A stretch of DNA of 63,931 bases, filler included, from Trypethelium eluteriae (lineage: Eukaryota): NCBI GenBank assembly GCA_051942245.1. It is 3 parts of 3 records of this genome, joined end to end, with 100 filler letters (N's around TTAATTAATTAA, not from the genome) between each part and the next. Parts side by side here need not be neighbours in the genome. Positions count along the whole stretch, not along the records: positions 1 to 22,328 come from JAVECL010000446.1; positions 22,429 to 44,738 come from JAVECL010000447.1; 1 more part is not named here. One strand, given 5' to 3'. Below, piece by piece: positions 11,455-23,469 of the stretch. Position 1 is the first letter of the stretch. Each line of letters starts with the position of its first letter. The notes under the pieces are model-generated. The model made no database searches, was not told where the DNA came from, and saw only the letters and a list, made by a program, of their open reading frames with translations. The translations under genes and the position numbers were made by a program.

Positions 11455-13171
11455 TCGCCTCTATCGAAGTGTGATTAAATCATAGGAGCTTCGTCGCGGG
11501 CATCTGGGTATGCTGGAACTGAGCCGTCTTGAGATATCAAGCAACTTCTCACCATTCTTAGCACGGGAACGGACACAGCGCCTTCGAGCCTCTTTAGGTG
11601 GAGGTTGCTCCATTGCCTGCATGGTCCTCTACTATAGTCTAATGGCCTTTTTGCAATTTGCCAGTGCCGCCATTGCTATAGAGTGCGGCAGCCGCAACAG
11701 GAAGGAGTCTATTGTCAAGCAAATGCTTTGTAAGTATGCAGGAGAATATTAACAGATAGCTATGTAGTTCAGCTGACTTAAGCTCAGTGGAATCGTGGGC
11801 CATCGAGTGAATCTAAGAAAATGACAATTTTTGTCACCCAACCACAGCAGAATGGTATGAATCACCGTTTTACACCTTGTTCTCGGCGACGACTCCTTCA
11901 AATGGACGGTCTTCCGAAGGCATCATCATCATACATCAAGTCTAAGGACGTTTTTGAGAGCGCCACCAACAAAGCCGCACGAGCTAGACGCCGGCGAGTT
12001 GTAGTGTGGATTGTGAATCCACACCAATTAAACTGCCCCTATCTTCTCCAGTCTTTTCTAGTCTCTGCTAGCCTCTTTTCTTGACTTAACTTCTCAAAGT
12101 AGCTTTACAAAAATGCCAGAAGAGGTAGGTCTGCAACGGTTTCCTGATCATCGGTTTTATGGACCGTACTGAATTTGTACTTTGCACATACGTCATTTGT
12201 ATATTTGCGGGAGGAGACGGCGGAAGGCTGAACAAGCTGCGGGTGTAGCCGAGGTCCCTTTCAATCCAGGAGGCAGGTACCAACTAATTATCAATGTACG
12301 GACGGAGTACCTGTCTGCTTTCTGCACCGAATCCGCAGAAGCATGGTTGGTAAAGTCGATGTTTCACAGTGTTACTGTACAGACGACATTGCGCAAGCTC
12401 GCAAGCGAGATGCAAACTGCATGTTGGAATCGCCTAGCATTGGCCAAGTGGGAAATCCTTGCCCCAGGTTTTGTCTACTTTGCTCATGTACGATACGTCA
12501 TACCACCGTTACGCTATCAATTCCTTTTTCTTCCAGACTGGGCAGCACGCAACGAAAGCACTAATGGACTCGAATTCAGTTCATATTTCTTGGAGAGCAG
12601 ATTGAAAATCTCGCATACAGTAACAGTCCCTTGCCCGCGTGGGGAGTCTGCATGACCAATAGTTATGGACAAAAGGGCTCGGATTGGCCGCAGTCAACTT
12701 CTTAAGCCTAGGATCATCACTCAGGTGGATTTCGAACTCCACAGCGATCTTGGTAAGGACGGGAGATATGCAGCTGCAAGGGTCGGCCATCGAACACTTA
12801 ACGGCGCGCCCAATGAGCTAGATGAAGCGGACTGAATTTACCATTCTCGTCTTCAGCCCCCAAATCTCCATCGTCGATCTGTACCTTGCCTTCTCAGCCT
12901 CTACCCTCAGGCGGGGACTCTTCACCCCGATCTGTATTCGCTCAATGCCTGTGCCGCGATGCTCGCTTGATCCCTACCAGCTTTTTCCTTCAGTATTATC
13001 ATATCTTTACTTTAATACCTTGCTGCGTGTCGGAGAAGGCTGACCGGTTCGTTTATATGTTCTCAGTACCCACAGTTAGAGCACCAGGGTCCACCCTCGT
13101 TCAATGACAAGTGACTCTCTGAAATCTAATCACGTTGTCCAAAAGCTTTGGGCTTGTTATTCATTACCAGC

Positions 13172-14611
13172 ATGGAAAATGCAGCGAACAACGCTGCTCC
13201 ACCCTCCGAATGTGGCTACAGTCGTGAGCCAGGTATGCTGGCTACAACCCTAGTTGTGACCATCTTCTCAGTTATTGTTACTTTCGTGCGCCTTGGTGTT
13301 CGTATATTTATCGTTCGAAAAGTTGGGTGGGACGACTATGTAGGTCTCAAGATCCTCAGTTTAACCCTTCCCTGTACCTGAAAGTATCTGCGGTTTGACG
13401 CAAAGGGGTGCTTATTTGGTCGCGGATCCTTTTGACATCGCCGGAGCACGCATACATCGTGTCATTACTCATGGCTTGCAGACAATAATTGCAGCTATCT
13501 GCGGCATCTTCATCGCCTTCGGCCTGGTTATCGTACAGCTTCACTATGGATTTGGAAAACATAAAGATTGCCTATCCCAGTGGCATTACATTGAATTCCA
13601 GAAGTACTCATACGGCGAATGGATCCAGACATTTCAGACGCTTATGTTTACTAAATTATCGATATGTTTCTTTTTGCTACGCATACCTGTTGAGAAGATC
13701 TACATACGGCCAATCCAGGGCGTGATTGTTGGGCTTATCGTTAGCAATATCGTCTTAACTTTCGTCTGGATCTTTCAGTGTAATCCAATTGCTGGCGCTT
13801 GGAATCCAATGGTCCCAGCTACATGCTTCACCTTTGCTCAACTTCAGCGGATCATCATCTCTCAGGCGATAATATCTATCGTCTCTGATTTCATACTCGC
13901 TTCTTTCCCCATTGTTATTCTCTGGAAGGTTCAGATCTCCAGACGTCTGAAAGTAGGGCTCTGCTGCCTTATGGGTCTCGGTCTCATGTAAGTCTCCTTC
14001 ACCTCCTGACACCTGCCCTCCTACTCACTTCGATAAACAGCACCGCCTCCTTCTGCATCGTCCGCACTGTCCTCAATTACGAAAACGTCAACCAGGACTC
14101 CACCTGGGAGAGCATCCCCAACTGGTACTATCGCTCCTGGGAAGTCAACATCGGCATCGTCGCCGCCAGCGTGCCGGCTATCTATCCTGGCTGGAAGCTG
14201 CTGCGCTCCACAGTACGGTCGTACATCTCGGCGCGGAGATCGCAGCGTGGCAGTGGAACGGCCTCCCACAAACGTCTTCACGATTCCCCCAATGTCGGTG
14301 CGAACGGCAAGAATGTGGATGAGTTTGAAGATAAGGTGCATCTCGCGAGTGAGCTGACGTATCCGGGGATGGCGCGGGACGGCGACCCGCTGAGGGTGGC
14401 GAGGCACACGGCGAGCGTAGAGGTGGGGGGAGCTACCGTGGCTGGAGTGGAGGAGCGCAATTTGAGGGGTGATTTGGAGACGGGCAATGGGGGGATTAAG
14501 AAAACGACGCATTTTGATGTGGAAGGTGGGAGAAGTAATAGTGATATTTCGGGAGAAGGGAACGTAGGAAAAGGAGAGAGAGCGGGAGAGGAAGCACATG
14601 GATTTGTTTGA
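13172..14611 (+). CDS. PTH11-like (fungal rhodopsin-domain) 7-TM integral membrane protein without CFEM; exons 13172-13339, 13482-13987, 14041-14611
   Basis: RKVGWDDY, GFGKH, FTKLSICFFLLRI, FQCNPIAGAWNP, SDFILASFPIVILWKVQI, WEVNIGIVAASVPA; GT..AG introns join the frames. Confidence 0.9.
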
Positions 14612-15014
14612 TGCATGGAAGGAATCGCCTCTGGACAGCGTGAAGATTTTGTCAAATTCCTCCTAATGAATCTTTCCCTTAATGAGTTCCAGAGCGACTT
14701 CATTTTTTTGCCGACCAATGGTCGAGGGTATGGACTCAACCTGGAGGATCTTTCTACTATTACGAAATGAACGGCTGAATATCCAAATTTTGGAAAGAAT
14801 ACCAAGAGTCCAGGGCCGAAGCAGTAGTAGCGACACCGTTCAGAGTGACATTAGACAGTAGTGGCCAGAGGGGGCGGCCACAAGTATCCATCACCATGGA
14901 AGTTTCCAAGTGCCATGCTACCATGCGATGCGGAGAGGAGAATACGGTCTTACCCAAAGATCGAAAATGTTAGTGCTGATGCAAGCTGCAGCGGGTCTTT
15001 GTGGGGGCGATAGT

Positions 15015-15282
15015 TAGAGTACAGTGGTCATTTTTGAAGTGGGCAAGCACTAGACTAGGGGGCCCCTGTCTACTACCAATCAGTATTCGTACTAGCCCTG
15101 TCTAGCTTCTTACGTCAAACTATAAAAAGTCTTAGTGAAAAGAATTTTGACCAATCAAAAGAATTGTTACCTGTTGCAGCTATCCAAAAAAGGACTAAAG
15201 CTGTTTTTGAAAGCCAATCGGATCACACACTATAACTCCCTGTCTAGCGCTATCCCACTTCAAAAATGACCACTGTACTCTA
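15015..15282. mobile_element. MITE with Tc1/mariner-like TA|CAGTG termini
   Basis: Perfect 29-bp inverted repeat TAGAGTACAGTGGTCATTTTTGAAGTGGG (15015-15043) / CCCACTTCAAAAATGACCACTGTACTCTA (15254-15282), with an imperfect inward extension; AT-rich non-coding interior. Confidence 0.8.
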
Positions 15283-15489
15283 GTCGTTATGCAGCTCTAG
15301 AGTACCCGATGAAGATCGGCAACCTGTGACGTCGTGACTTAGTACTGCTGCCTGCTCAGTATTACCTACCAAACCTAATAATTTTAACACACCATGACTA
15401 GCCTCGCTGTCATAATTCACTGATCGTCTCACTCGGCCCTCGACTAATCTCTCTGCAGACACATTAAAATCGTTGCTGGGAACTCAGGG

Positions 15490-16506
15490 ATGGGCGTCGG
15501 GAATTTCCCCGTTCGCGGGCAAATCGCAGTTGTGACAGGCGGCGGCTCAGGTGTGACCCGTTACTATTTGAGATGAAGAGGCATTGTTAACTCGAGTTTG
15601 CCTCTAGGGATTGGTCTTGAGATTGCGAAAGCTATCGTTGCAAATGGCGGGAAAGCTCTAGTCGCCGATCTAAAGCCCACCAAACCAGCGGAACAATTCA
15701 TCGAAGCTTCTGCTGGTAAAGCAGTCTTTTTGCAAACGAATGTTACCAAACGAGAACAGCTTGAGCGAATCATACCAGCAGCTAAGAAGCATTTTGGTAC
15801 CATCCCATCCATTTATGTTCCGGCAGCAGGTATACTGGAGCCCAATCGATCTAATTGGTGGGCTGACAATGGAGAATCTTCTTATGCGACGCTGGACATC
15901 AGTAAGTTCCATGGAGTCGCACACGAAAAAGCTTCTAATGGTCTAGATGTCACCCATCCATTACAACTCGGTCGTATTGCATTGAGGGCACTCCTGCGTA
16001 ATAATATAAAAGGAGTGGTCGTTCATGTAGCTTCTCTAGCAGGTCTGTACGGTCGCTACGCTCACCCGTTGTATTGCGCGTCGAAGCATGCCCTCGTGGG
16101 CTTTGTGAAAAGCATGGCCTCAGCAGATCCTCAAGAGGGCATCAAGTTTGTTGCTGTCTGTCCAGGGTACGTAGATTCTGTATCCGGACCGTTTATATCG
16201 CAAGCCACTAAATCTGAATTGTCTAGGATCGTCAAATCAGCGATTTGGGACGATTCAGAAGACATAGCCAAAGCATTTAATTACTCAGAGCTGGAAGCTA
16301 TTGAACCCCATGCTGTTGCTGAAGTGGTGATTGAGTTAATAGAGAATGGTGATCATGTCGGCGGAACGTGTATCTCTATGGACGAGAAAGGTAGAAGGCA
16401 GGTTATCGACTTTCCTCAGTCGCCAGTACGGGATTCTGACAATCCTTTCCCGGTCTATGATTTTATCAAGAAAATAACAACTAAGGAGAGAGAGTCAAAG
16501 ATTTGA
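15490..16506 (+). CDS. Classical short-chain dehydrogenase/reductase (15-PGDH-like); introns 15551-15607, 15902-15946, 16167-16226
   Basis: AVVTGGGSGIG across intron 1, ASLAG, catalytic YCASK, VCPG; introns 2 and 3 are 45 and 60 nt and are read through in the ORF track. Confidence 0.9.
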
Positions 16507-17260
16507 CCGCGAGACGCATGATTAGTAACATAGATACTAATTATGTAATGAACGGAGAGAGACAATCTTCGGAACAGCATCGCACTTCCACTCCGGTTTG
16601 CAATAGCTCGGCCAAGGATGCAAATCCGTTCCAGATCGAAAGCAGTTTCCGGCGGAACGTAGTAAAGTGGTAGTCAAGGATGAGCTCACTAAGAGTGACC
16701 ACTCTGAAAGCTCCGATGAGTTGTAGGCGAAAGAAGTCGTCGACACTATCAGTGCAGGAATGAGGAGGTATCCATTCCTCTCTGGTCAAAGAAGCTCGCA
16801 TCACGATTAGTGTTCTGTGAGGGTGTGAAGAATGTATGAGAGAGTCCTTGATCGCGAGATGAATGTGACAGCAAAGGTCTTGAGTCTGGCGACAACAGGC
16901 CTTCGGCTCTCAAATCTAGCGAATGCCAAGTGGTCCGTACGAAGTAGTGTTTCACCCATGTAGAATACATATTGACTAGAGCAACGATGTCTGCACCATC
17001 CAGACTTTCATTGATCATCGCTCAATCACGTAATATGGCGGCACTCAGATTGTTCGAATGTCCAGCTACGTTGAGCCCCATTCGAAGATGTGAGGGAAAC
17101 GGAACGAGCCCTCGTGGGAGATGCATACGCCGATGCCAGGCTGAACTTGCTGCGATTCGGCCTTGCTTCCGAGAAGGATGGCCATACCTCCAGATTCCTC
17201 CTCCCCCACCAAAGTCAACCTAAACAGCTCTTTTCATATTGCCAATGGTTGGATGTGATA

Positions 17261-19316
17261 ATGCCGCAAGAGCCAGGAAATCAAGATTCTGTCGTACGTT
17301 TGGCAACGCAGAACGATCAACCGATCAATGGCGCACAAATTGGAGCGGCAGCACGGCTCAATGCAGCGAATGGCGGTAGTCAGACGACTAAGGACGAGGC
17401 TGAAGTCCAAGATGGATCCCAGAGACCGGTTTCAGACCCTGACGATGGCTCTTGCTCCACCAGCAATACTTCGAATACAGTATCTTGCAGTTCGACCGAC
17501 AGTACTTTGAAGAGATGGGGCGGGACAACACGCAAAGGCCTTTTGTATCTTGTGGGGCCAGCGACGCTAATTATAGCCGTCCTAACCCTTTGGCCTACGA
17601 TTGCCTCAAATGTGGATGGAGAGACATCGGAAGCGTTGGCGCTTTGGACAGCAAAGAAGGACTTTCTGGAGTACTGCGCAGATGAGGTATCCATCTTGCT
17701 GCGACCATATACCAAAAACCATACTGAGATCATACCAGACCCAAGCAGCAACGAATCCGAACTGCGCGCTGGCGCATAACATTACCCTTCCACCACCTCC
17801 CCATTTCATCGATAATGTCAAGCGCTCGCTCGAACACCACGTCTCAAGCTATGTTGCAATCCTAGCGCACGAGCGGCAGAGATTCTTGAATATAGCCGGT
17901 TCTGCGACAGCATTCACCCTAGTCATTTGTTTTGTACTGGCTGCCTGCAAGCGACCCCGTACCTACACCCCTTATGATACACCACCGACGAACCATCTCT
18001 CTCCTGACGTCCATGTACACGTTTCGATCCCGAAATCGGAGGTCCGGGGCTCGGAGGGAATGAAAAGACGAAGGCGCAAGCCAATATCCAGCGCGGGAGG
18101 GAAAACATACGAGCTCATGCATGATTCATGGGAATCTCCTAAACCCACACAGCAATGCAAGCTCACGTTCCATGATAGTGGCATGCTCACGCTCGCATTC
18201 GGTGGCCGCGGCGAACTCATCTATGAGATCAATGCTAGCCCGAGGAATATTGCAGGATGCAACCTGACGTGGGCCCAGCTGAACCAGTTTCAGTTGAAGC
18301 TTGTTTTCCAGCGCGCGCAAAGGTATGACATGCTCACACGCAATCATCTCAACAGATACGACTTCTGGGCCCGAGACAGTAGTGAAGCAAAAGAAATCGT
18401 AGATCGGGTAGTCTGTCTTATGGCGGACAATGCAACTTCACAGCTCCTGGGATCCAGCGCTCTTACTCAGGAGCAAATGCTTCTCGATCCGTTCTTTCTG
18501 TCTTCAGCTAGTGATGAGGACGAAGAACAGCCTCAGAATAAAATGCACCCAGCTAGCGGAGGCAGTTTCCCATCCTTATCCGGGCAAGAAGAGTCACCTA
18601 CAAACGTCGGAACCGAACCTGAAGACGTTCTCGACGAAAGCTCACTTGCCAGCACGACTAGCGAGGGCAAATCCATGAACCCAAGCCACCGGGACTCTGG
18701 CGTCAAAAGGTTCATACCGAGTTGGATGATACGACGCTCTTTGCCTCAGCAACCTGAGCAAAACGGTTCATCCCAGCACATTTCCGATGACGATTGCGCA
18801 CCACAGGGCTCACCCGCGCCATCTACTGAAACGACTTTACCTTGGAACGTTACAGAACAGGTCCCAAGTGGTGAATCGGATGGGAAAAACGGGTTTAATG
18901 CTAAATCGAGCAACAAGCTCAACAAAAAGCCAAGGACTGTTCGCAATACTAACTCTTTCTTCAAAGACGACGCTGTAGAGACAGATCACGTCAATTTCAG
19001 AAACTCACCGATCTATACAAGTCGCGCTAGTTCCTCAGATTCTGTCAATTTCTCTGACTCCCTCAGGACCCGGATAGCCGGAGTACGATGGCGTCGGCAA
19101 AGGACTGCAGTTGGCAAATCTCCACGAGAGGAATTCCCAGACCCTTTATTAGAATATCTAGAAGATCTAGAAAGGCACAAAATGTTCTTACCTAAAATCG
19201 AACCGGACAGCCTAGATGTTGTTCGAGGAGATATCCGCTCTGTGACTATTCGAGGGAGCGGTTCATTTCTTCGCCAAAGCAAACAAGCTAAAGACGGCAA
19301 AGCATCATACTCCTGA
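17261..19316 (+). CDS. Hypothetical two-TM protein with a putative Sin1-type PH domain; intron 17687-17738
   Basis: GAG|GTATCC..CCAG|ACC joins the 17090 and 17601 ORF frames; TM1 LLYLVGPATLIIAVLTLWPTIA, loop LALWTAKKDFLEYC..NCALAHNITLPPPPHF, TM2 FLNIAGSATAFTLVICFVLAAC, then a PH-like segment and a Ser-rich tail. Start codon uncertain. Confidence 0.65.
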
Positions 19317-20580
19317 TCTGGCTTACCAATATGGCAACGCCATAAAGAGTAGAGGATGACGATGGTAACGTGATCAAGAAATACAAAGTCTCTGAAAGTG
19401 CTGGAAAGTCATCCTAAATAAGCCACCAAAGACGAGGATATATCTCTAGAGAATGGGAGATACATGAGGTACAGATATCGAGATGCCGCTAGTACTCGCG
19501 AAGCCAGATCCTATCTCCTCAATTCCCTTCCGCCCGAGCCGAAATAGGGTCAGTTTTCGGATGGAATGGAAATGTCACTTCTCAAAGTGTCCAGATCGTG
19601 CACCTATGAGCCAGGGAAGGCTACTGGACCTCCTACATAAGGGTCTGGATGCATACGTGTAGGCTTCGGTTGAAAGGCAGGGTGGGAAGGACCACCATTC
19701 GAGCTGACTTCCGACGTCACAAATAGCAGCCAAGCGCTTCTGCATCGCGTTAGGGTAGGCGCTGCTGGCGATGCCACTAGGGCTTCTCTGAACGTATCAA
19801 AGGCCTTTGCCGGGAGACGTTCATGACCTTGCCTGGTCTCTTCAGCTTGCTCGAACGGGTCAATACTGGCTTGTGGTGACTACGCTGGATCTGCTTGGAC
19901 GGCTTGGGTGTCGGCATAATTGAAATCTTATGCATATGAACTATCGAAGGCCATTTGGTCGTTGCAGCCCATCGCCCATTTCTCGCCCAATGCTTCTACC
20001 GTGCTACAGGACGGTGGAGCTGTGCATGTGGTACCAGAGAGCACTCTATCAAACCTCAGAGGTACTCTACTCTTCCTCTATCGTGACGCTCTCCCATTCT
20101 CCTTGTCCAAAGACACCTTTTCGTGCAGTCAAGGCTGCAAGTTTTTAAGTCATATAGCACGCTTCCACGTACTTTGTGTGTGCTTGCTTTGTCGAATTAG
20201 CCATCCACGGGATAGAGTACTGATCTTCATTGTCCATCCATGACATTCCCGTTGAACAAACCTTCGCTGATGGTCGAGTCTGCCCTAATTACGTGAATAA
20301 TGTTTTCTTTCATCTATTTAATCTACCAGTTTACCATAGTCTCAATGATGTAAACTTGGCAGATATGTTTTCGAGAGCACTGAGACATGCTCGAAAGACG
20401 GGGTAAAAGAGCAATCACACCAAACGTCGCGCAGGTCACTCGTATGCTTCACAACGATAAGATTTGCCGTGTGGCCATCCACTAACTCTGTATAGCCCAC
20501 TGATCGAAGTTCCGAAACTTTATGAAAGTATGTTTTGAGATTTACGGTGCGAATAGGCCGGTTCTCTAAGACTGGTCAAA

Positions 20581-20813
20581 CAGGGATCGGAAGCATAGAC
20601 GCATAGAAATAGATACCTGGTAGAAATATTGAGAAGCGGGCTCCACAACATTAAATCCTAAGTATGTATACATACTAAGTATGAATGATATAGGATTATT
20701 TCATTTCTGACCCTATTACTCATATTTTTATATATGTACTTAGTGTCTGTTGTTATAGTATTCACTTCTCAATATTTCTATGCATTTCTATGCGTCTATG
20801 CTTCCGATTCCTG
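20581..20813. mobile_element. MITE-like foldback element with CAGG..CCTG ends
   Basis: CAGGGATCGGAAGCATAGACGCATAGAAAT(..)TAGAAATATTGAGAAG (20581-20636) is inverted at 20765-20813 (CTTCTCAATATTTCTA..ATTTCTATGCGTCTATGCTTCCGATTCCTG); TpA-rich interior; no clear target duplication. Confidence 0.7.
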
Positions 20814-21231
20814 GACTACTCTACTCTAGTTGGGCAGTAATTTTGTGTGTGGTGTTGTGGAGATAAGCTCGGGCCAATTCGGACTACCTTTGCACTCTAC
20901 ATACTTTACTCTACTCCGTACCTCCAACTTCAATAGCTCTGCACACCTATCGCCACAGTTTCCGATCAGCTACTCGCACAGCGCATCATAATCATAAGGT
21001 AATCATCAGATAATCAGTTTCTGGTCGATTTGAGGCTTGTGACACAGGAGCCAAGCTTTTTTATAATTTCAAACAAACACAAGAAGCTGTATCGTGCTTT
21101 ATCGCGAATATATCGGTCCCGTCGTTTAATTCGTGAATTCCAAGTCCTACATTTGATTTACACTTTGGCCGCGTACAATCTAGGACTTATGACTTATTAT
21201 CTTTACCCGAAATGTACTTGTTTGTTGGACA

Positions 21232-22328
21232 ATGGCTCCGCTTGCGTCCTTAAAGCGATCTGTGTCTCCGCTGCCGACAAACAGGTATTCGAATGAAATC
21301 GCGGTTCCGAGCGAAAATGAAGCCAGACATGAGGTCGAGCCAAGCCTAGCTGCTGTCGAAGCAGGTAAAGCCCAAGTCGATAACCATCTTGCCTACTTCT
21401 CTATTCGACTGAGCAGAGCTTCCCGACTAACAGCGGCCCCAACCCCACGATTATCATTACACCAATTCGCAGAGCTATACCATCGAAATGAAAGTGCAGA
21501 CGGGCACCATTTTGTAATCCATCAACATGACCACCCAGTAGCTGGGGTGCACTATGACTTGCGATTGCAATTCTCGGAATCCAGCTCCATTAGCTTTGCA
21601 GTTCCGTACGGAATGCCAGGTGATCCAAACTCAAGGAGACAGTTGCGGATGGCCATCGAGACACGGGTGCACAATCTCTGGAATCACTTGATTGAATCGG
21701 CCTCACATGCGACTGGATCCCTTCTCATCTGGGACATCGGCGAGTATGAAGTCCTACCCAAGCAATCGAAACCCGTTGTTGAAACCGATGATGAGCTCTC
21801 TGCGGAAGAAGGCGCTTCCGGCACTGACTCTGCTTCAAGACCTGAGCCAGTCAAGCTAGCAGAAGCCTTTCAAGTGGTACATGACACCTCTCTCTTTCAG
21901 AAATAAAAATCCAGCCTTACCGTGATACTCAGCGCCGCATCCACCTCCGCCTCCACGGAACCAAACTCCCCCACAACTATACCCTCAACCTCCGCCTCCC
22001 AACCAGCAACGACCACCCCGCCAAGCACCCCACGCCCGCACGCCGAAAGCGCCGACGGAAAACCCCGTCTTCGACCAAAACTCCCGTCGATAGTACTACA
22101 AGGGACAGCGGCGACGCTCGCGACGTTCGCGACGAAGCAATAGCATCACGCGCAGGACACGCCTCCGACGACGACGAAAGCCGCGACACAGCCGAAGACC
22201 GCACGATCCGCGCGACGAATACGTACCCCGGCGCTACGAACAGCATCGGCTCGGTGCACCAGCGGCGGTGGGTGCTGACGCTTGACCGCGAGGCGTCGGG
22301 GTTCGAGAGGGTGCGGAAGGGGGTGGAG
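21232..22328 (+). CDS. LigD 3'-phosphoesterase (LigD_N/PE) domain protein, truncated by contig end; intron 21877-21932
   Basis: HFVIHQHDHPVAGVHYDLRLQ, ISFAVPYGMPGDPNS, RMAIETRVHN, GSLLIWDIGEY match the PE motifs; after the intron RRIHLRLHGTKLPHNYTLNLRL..YPGATNSIGSVHQRRW runs into the N linker. Confidence 0.85.
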
Positions 22329-22428
22329 NNNNNNNNNNNNNNNNNNNNNNNNNNNNNNNNNNNNNNNNNNNNTTAATTAATTAANNNNNNNNNNNNNNNN
22401 NNNNNNNNNNNNNNNNNNNNNNNNNNNN
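22329..22428. other. Artificial contig-joining linker
   Basis: 44 N + TTAATTAATTAA (stops in all six frames) + 44 N, exactly 100 nt; identical to the linker at 44739. Confidence 0.97.
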
Positions 22429-22979
22429 GGGCAAGTTCGGGGTGCGGTTGGTGGATGCGAAGTTTAGCTTGCCGAACGCGGATTTTGAGGAGAAGGAGAA
22501 GGAGCGCAGGAAGGAGCGGGAGAAGGCGGAGAGGGCGGCGGAGAAGGAGGGGAGGGATGCGAAGAGGGATTCCGGTGGGAAGGAGAAGGAACGCGATAAA
22601 GAGAAGGAGAGTCGGTGGCGGATGAGTCGCAGTGGTCATGGTAATGCAGCAGGGCAGGATCCGAATGCATATGCGGATGGTGAAGGGCTGGAAAGGCGAG
22701 CGCAGGAATTGGGACTGGACGCAGCGCTTGGCGTGGGAGGTGGGAGGGATGCAGAGGCGTTACGAAGGCGGTTCGTGTGTCTTGACGAGCTGGAGTTTGC
22801 GGAAATGCATGATGATGTCTTCATTGGGTTTGGCAGTGAGCAAGGTCAGTGCTCACCAATTTTTCTTGAGGTTTCCAAAGAGCTAATGCGTCTATTCTGC
22901 AGAGCGCGATGCTTTCTGCGATGCCCTGCCCGCGGCGGCCACGACCATGAGTCGGGGGATGACTTTTAAGCGACGATAA
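22429..22979 (+). CDS. 3' end of an uncharacterised fungal protein (5' part lost at contig break); intron approx. 22844-22901
   Basis: Open frame ..RLVDAKFSLP, a KE/RE-rich stretch, RRRFVCLDELEFAEMHDDVFIGFGSEQ, then GTCAGT..CTAAT..TGCAG and ERDAFCDALPAAATTMSRGMTFKRR*. Confidence 0.65.
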
Positions 22980-23469
22980 ATTTTTCTCCCAACGAGACGG
23001 CATATCGTCTACGAGAGCGCAAGATATATTCATTGCATAGGCATGATCTCTCTTCAGCCTTTTTGTTCAGATGTTCATTTTGATCTCTCCTGCCTTCACC
23101 AATCTCTCGCTTGGGCTTTGTTTTTGTTGGTGGTCTATCATGAAGCGTAGCGGGCCGGCCTCCTGTTTGAGCATGCTTGCCTTCCGATGTTTTTGTGCAT
23201 TTTAGAGGCGTACTTGGGAATAAGGTCAGCATGTGCTGTACACAGCTGCATAAATAGCACAGATTGCGACCTGATCTTGATGCCGATTTTACGAGACTTC
23301 AAGGGGGTGCTCTCAGAGGGTGGATGGTTGAGACGTTGCATTTATGAAGTCAAACACTGCATGAAATGAAAAGTTGATCAAAGTGCCACCCAGCTATGGA
23401 GCCGCCCTCGGTCTTATTTGAGCCTTTCATGTCTCGTGTTCAAGACCATTCACCGACTATACTGTCGTA

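Noticed and set aside
13172..16506. Secondary-metabolite gene cluster around the PTH11-like gene and SDR
   Set aside because: No PKS, NRPS, terpene synthase or cluster regulator in the window.
16541..17018. Overlapping short minus-strand ORFs as a decayed gene
   Set aside because: Protein-like composition but no assignable family.
22373..22384. TTAATTAATTAA as a biological site (e.g. piggyBac TTAA target)
   Set aside because: Embedded symmetrically in N runs and repeated identically at 44783; an assembly linker.
21232..22979. LigD-PE gene continuing across the gap into the KE-rich ORF
   Set aside because: The join is artificial and the downstream peptide looks like the C-terminus of an unrelated protein.
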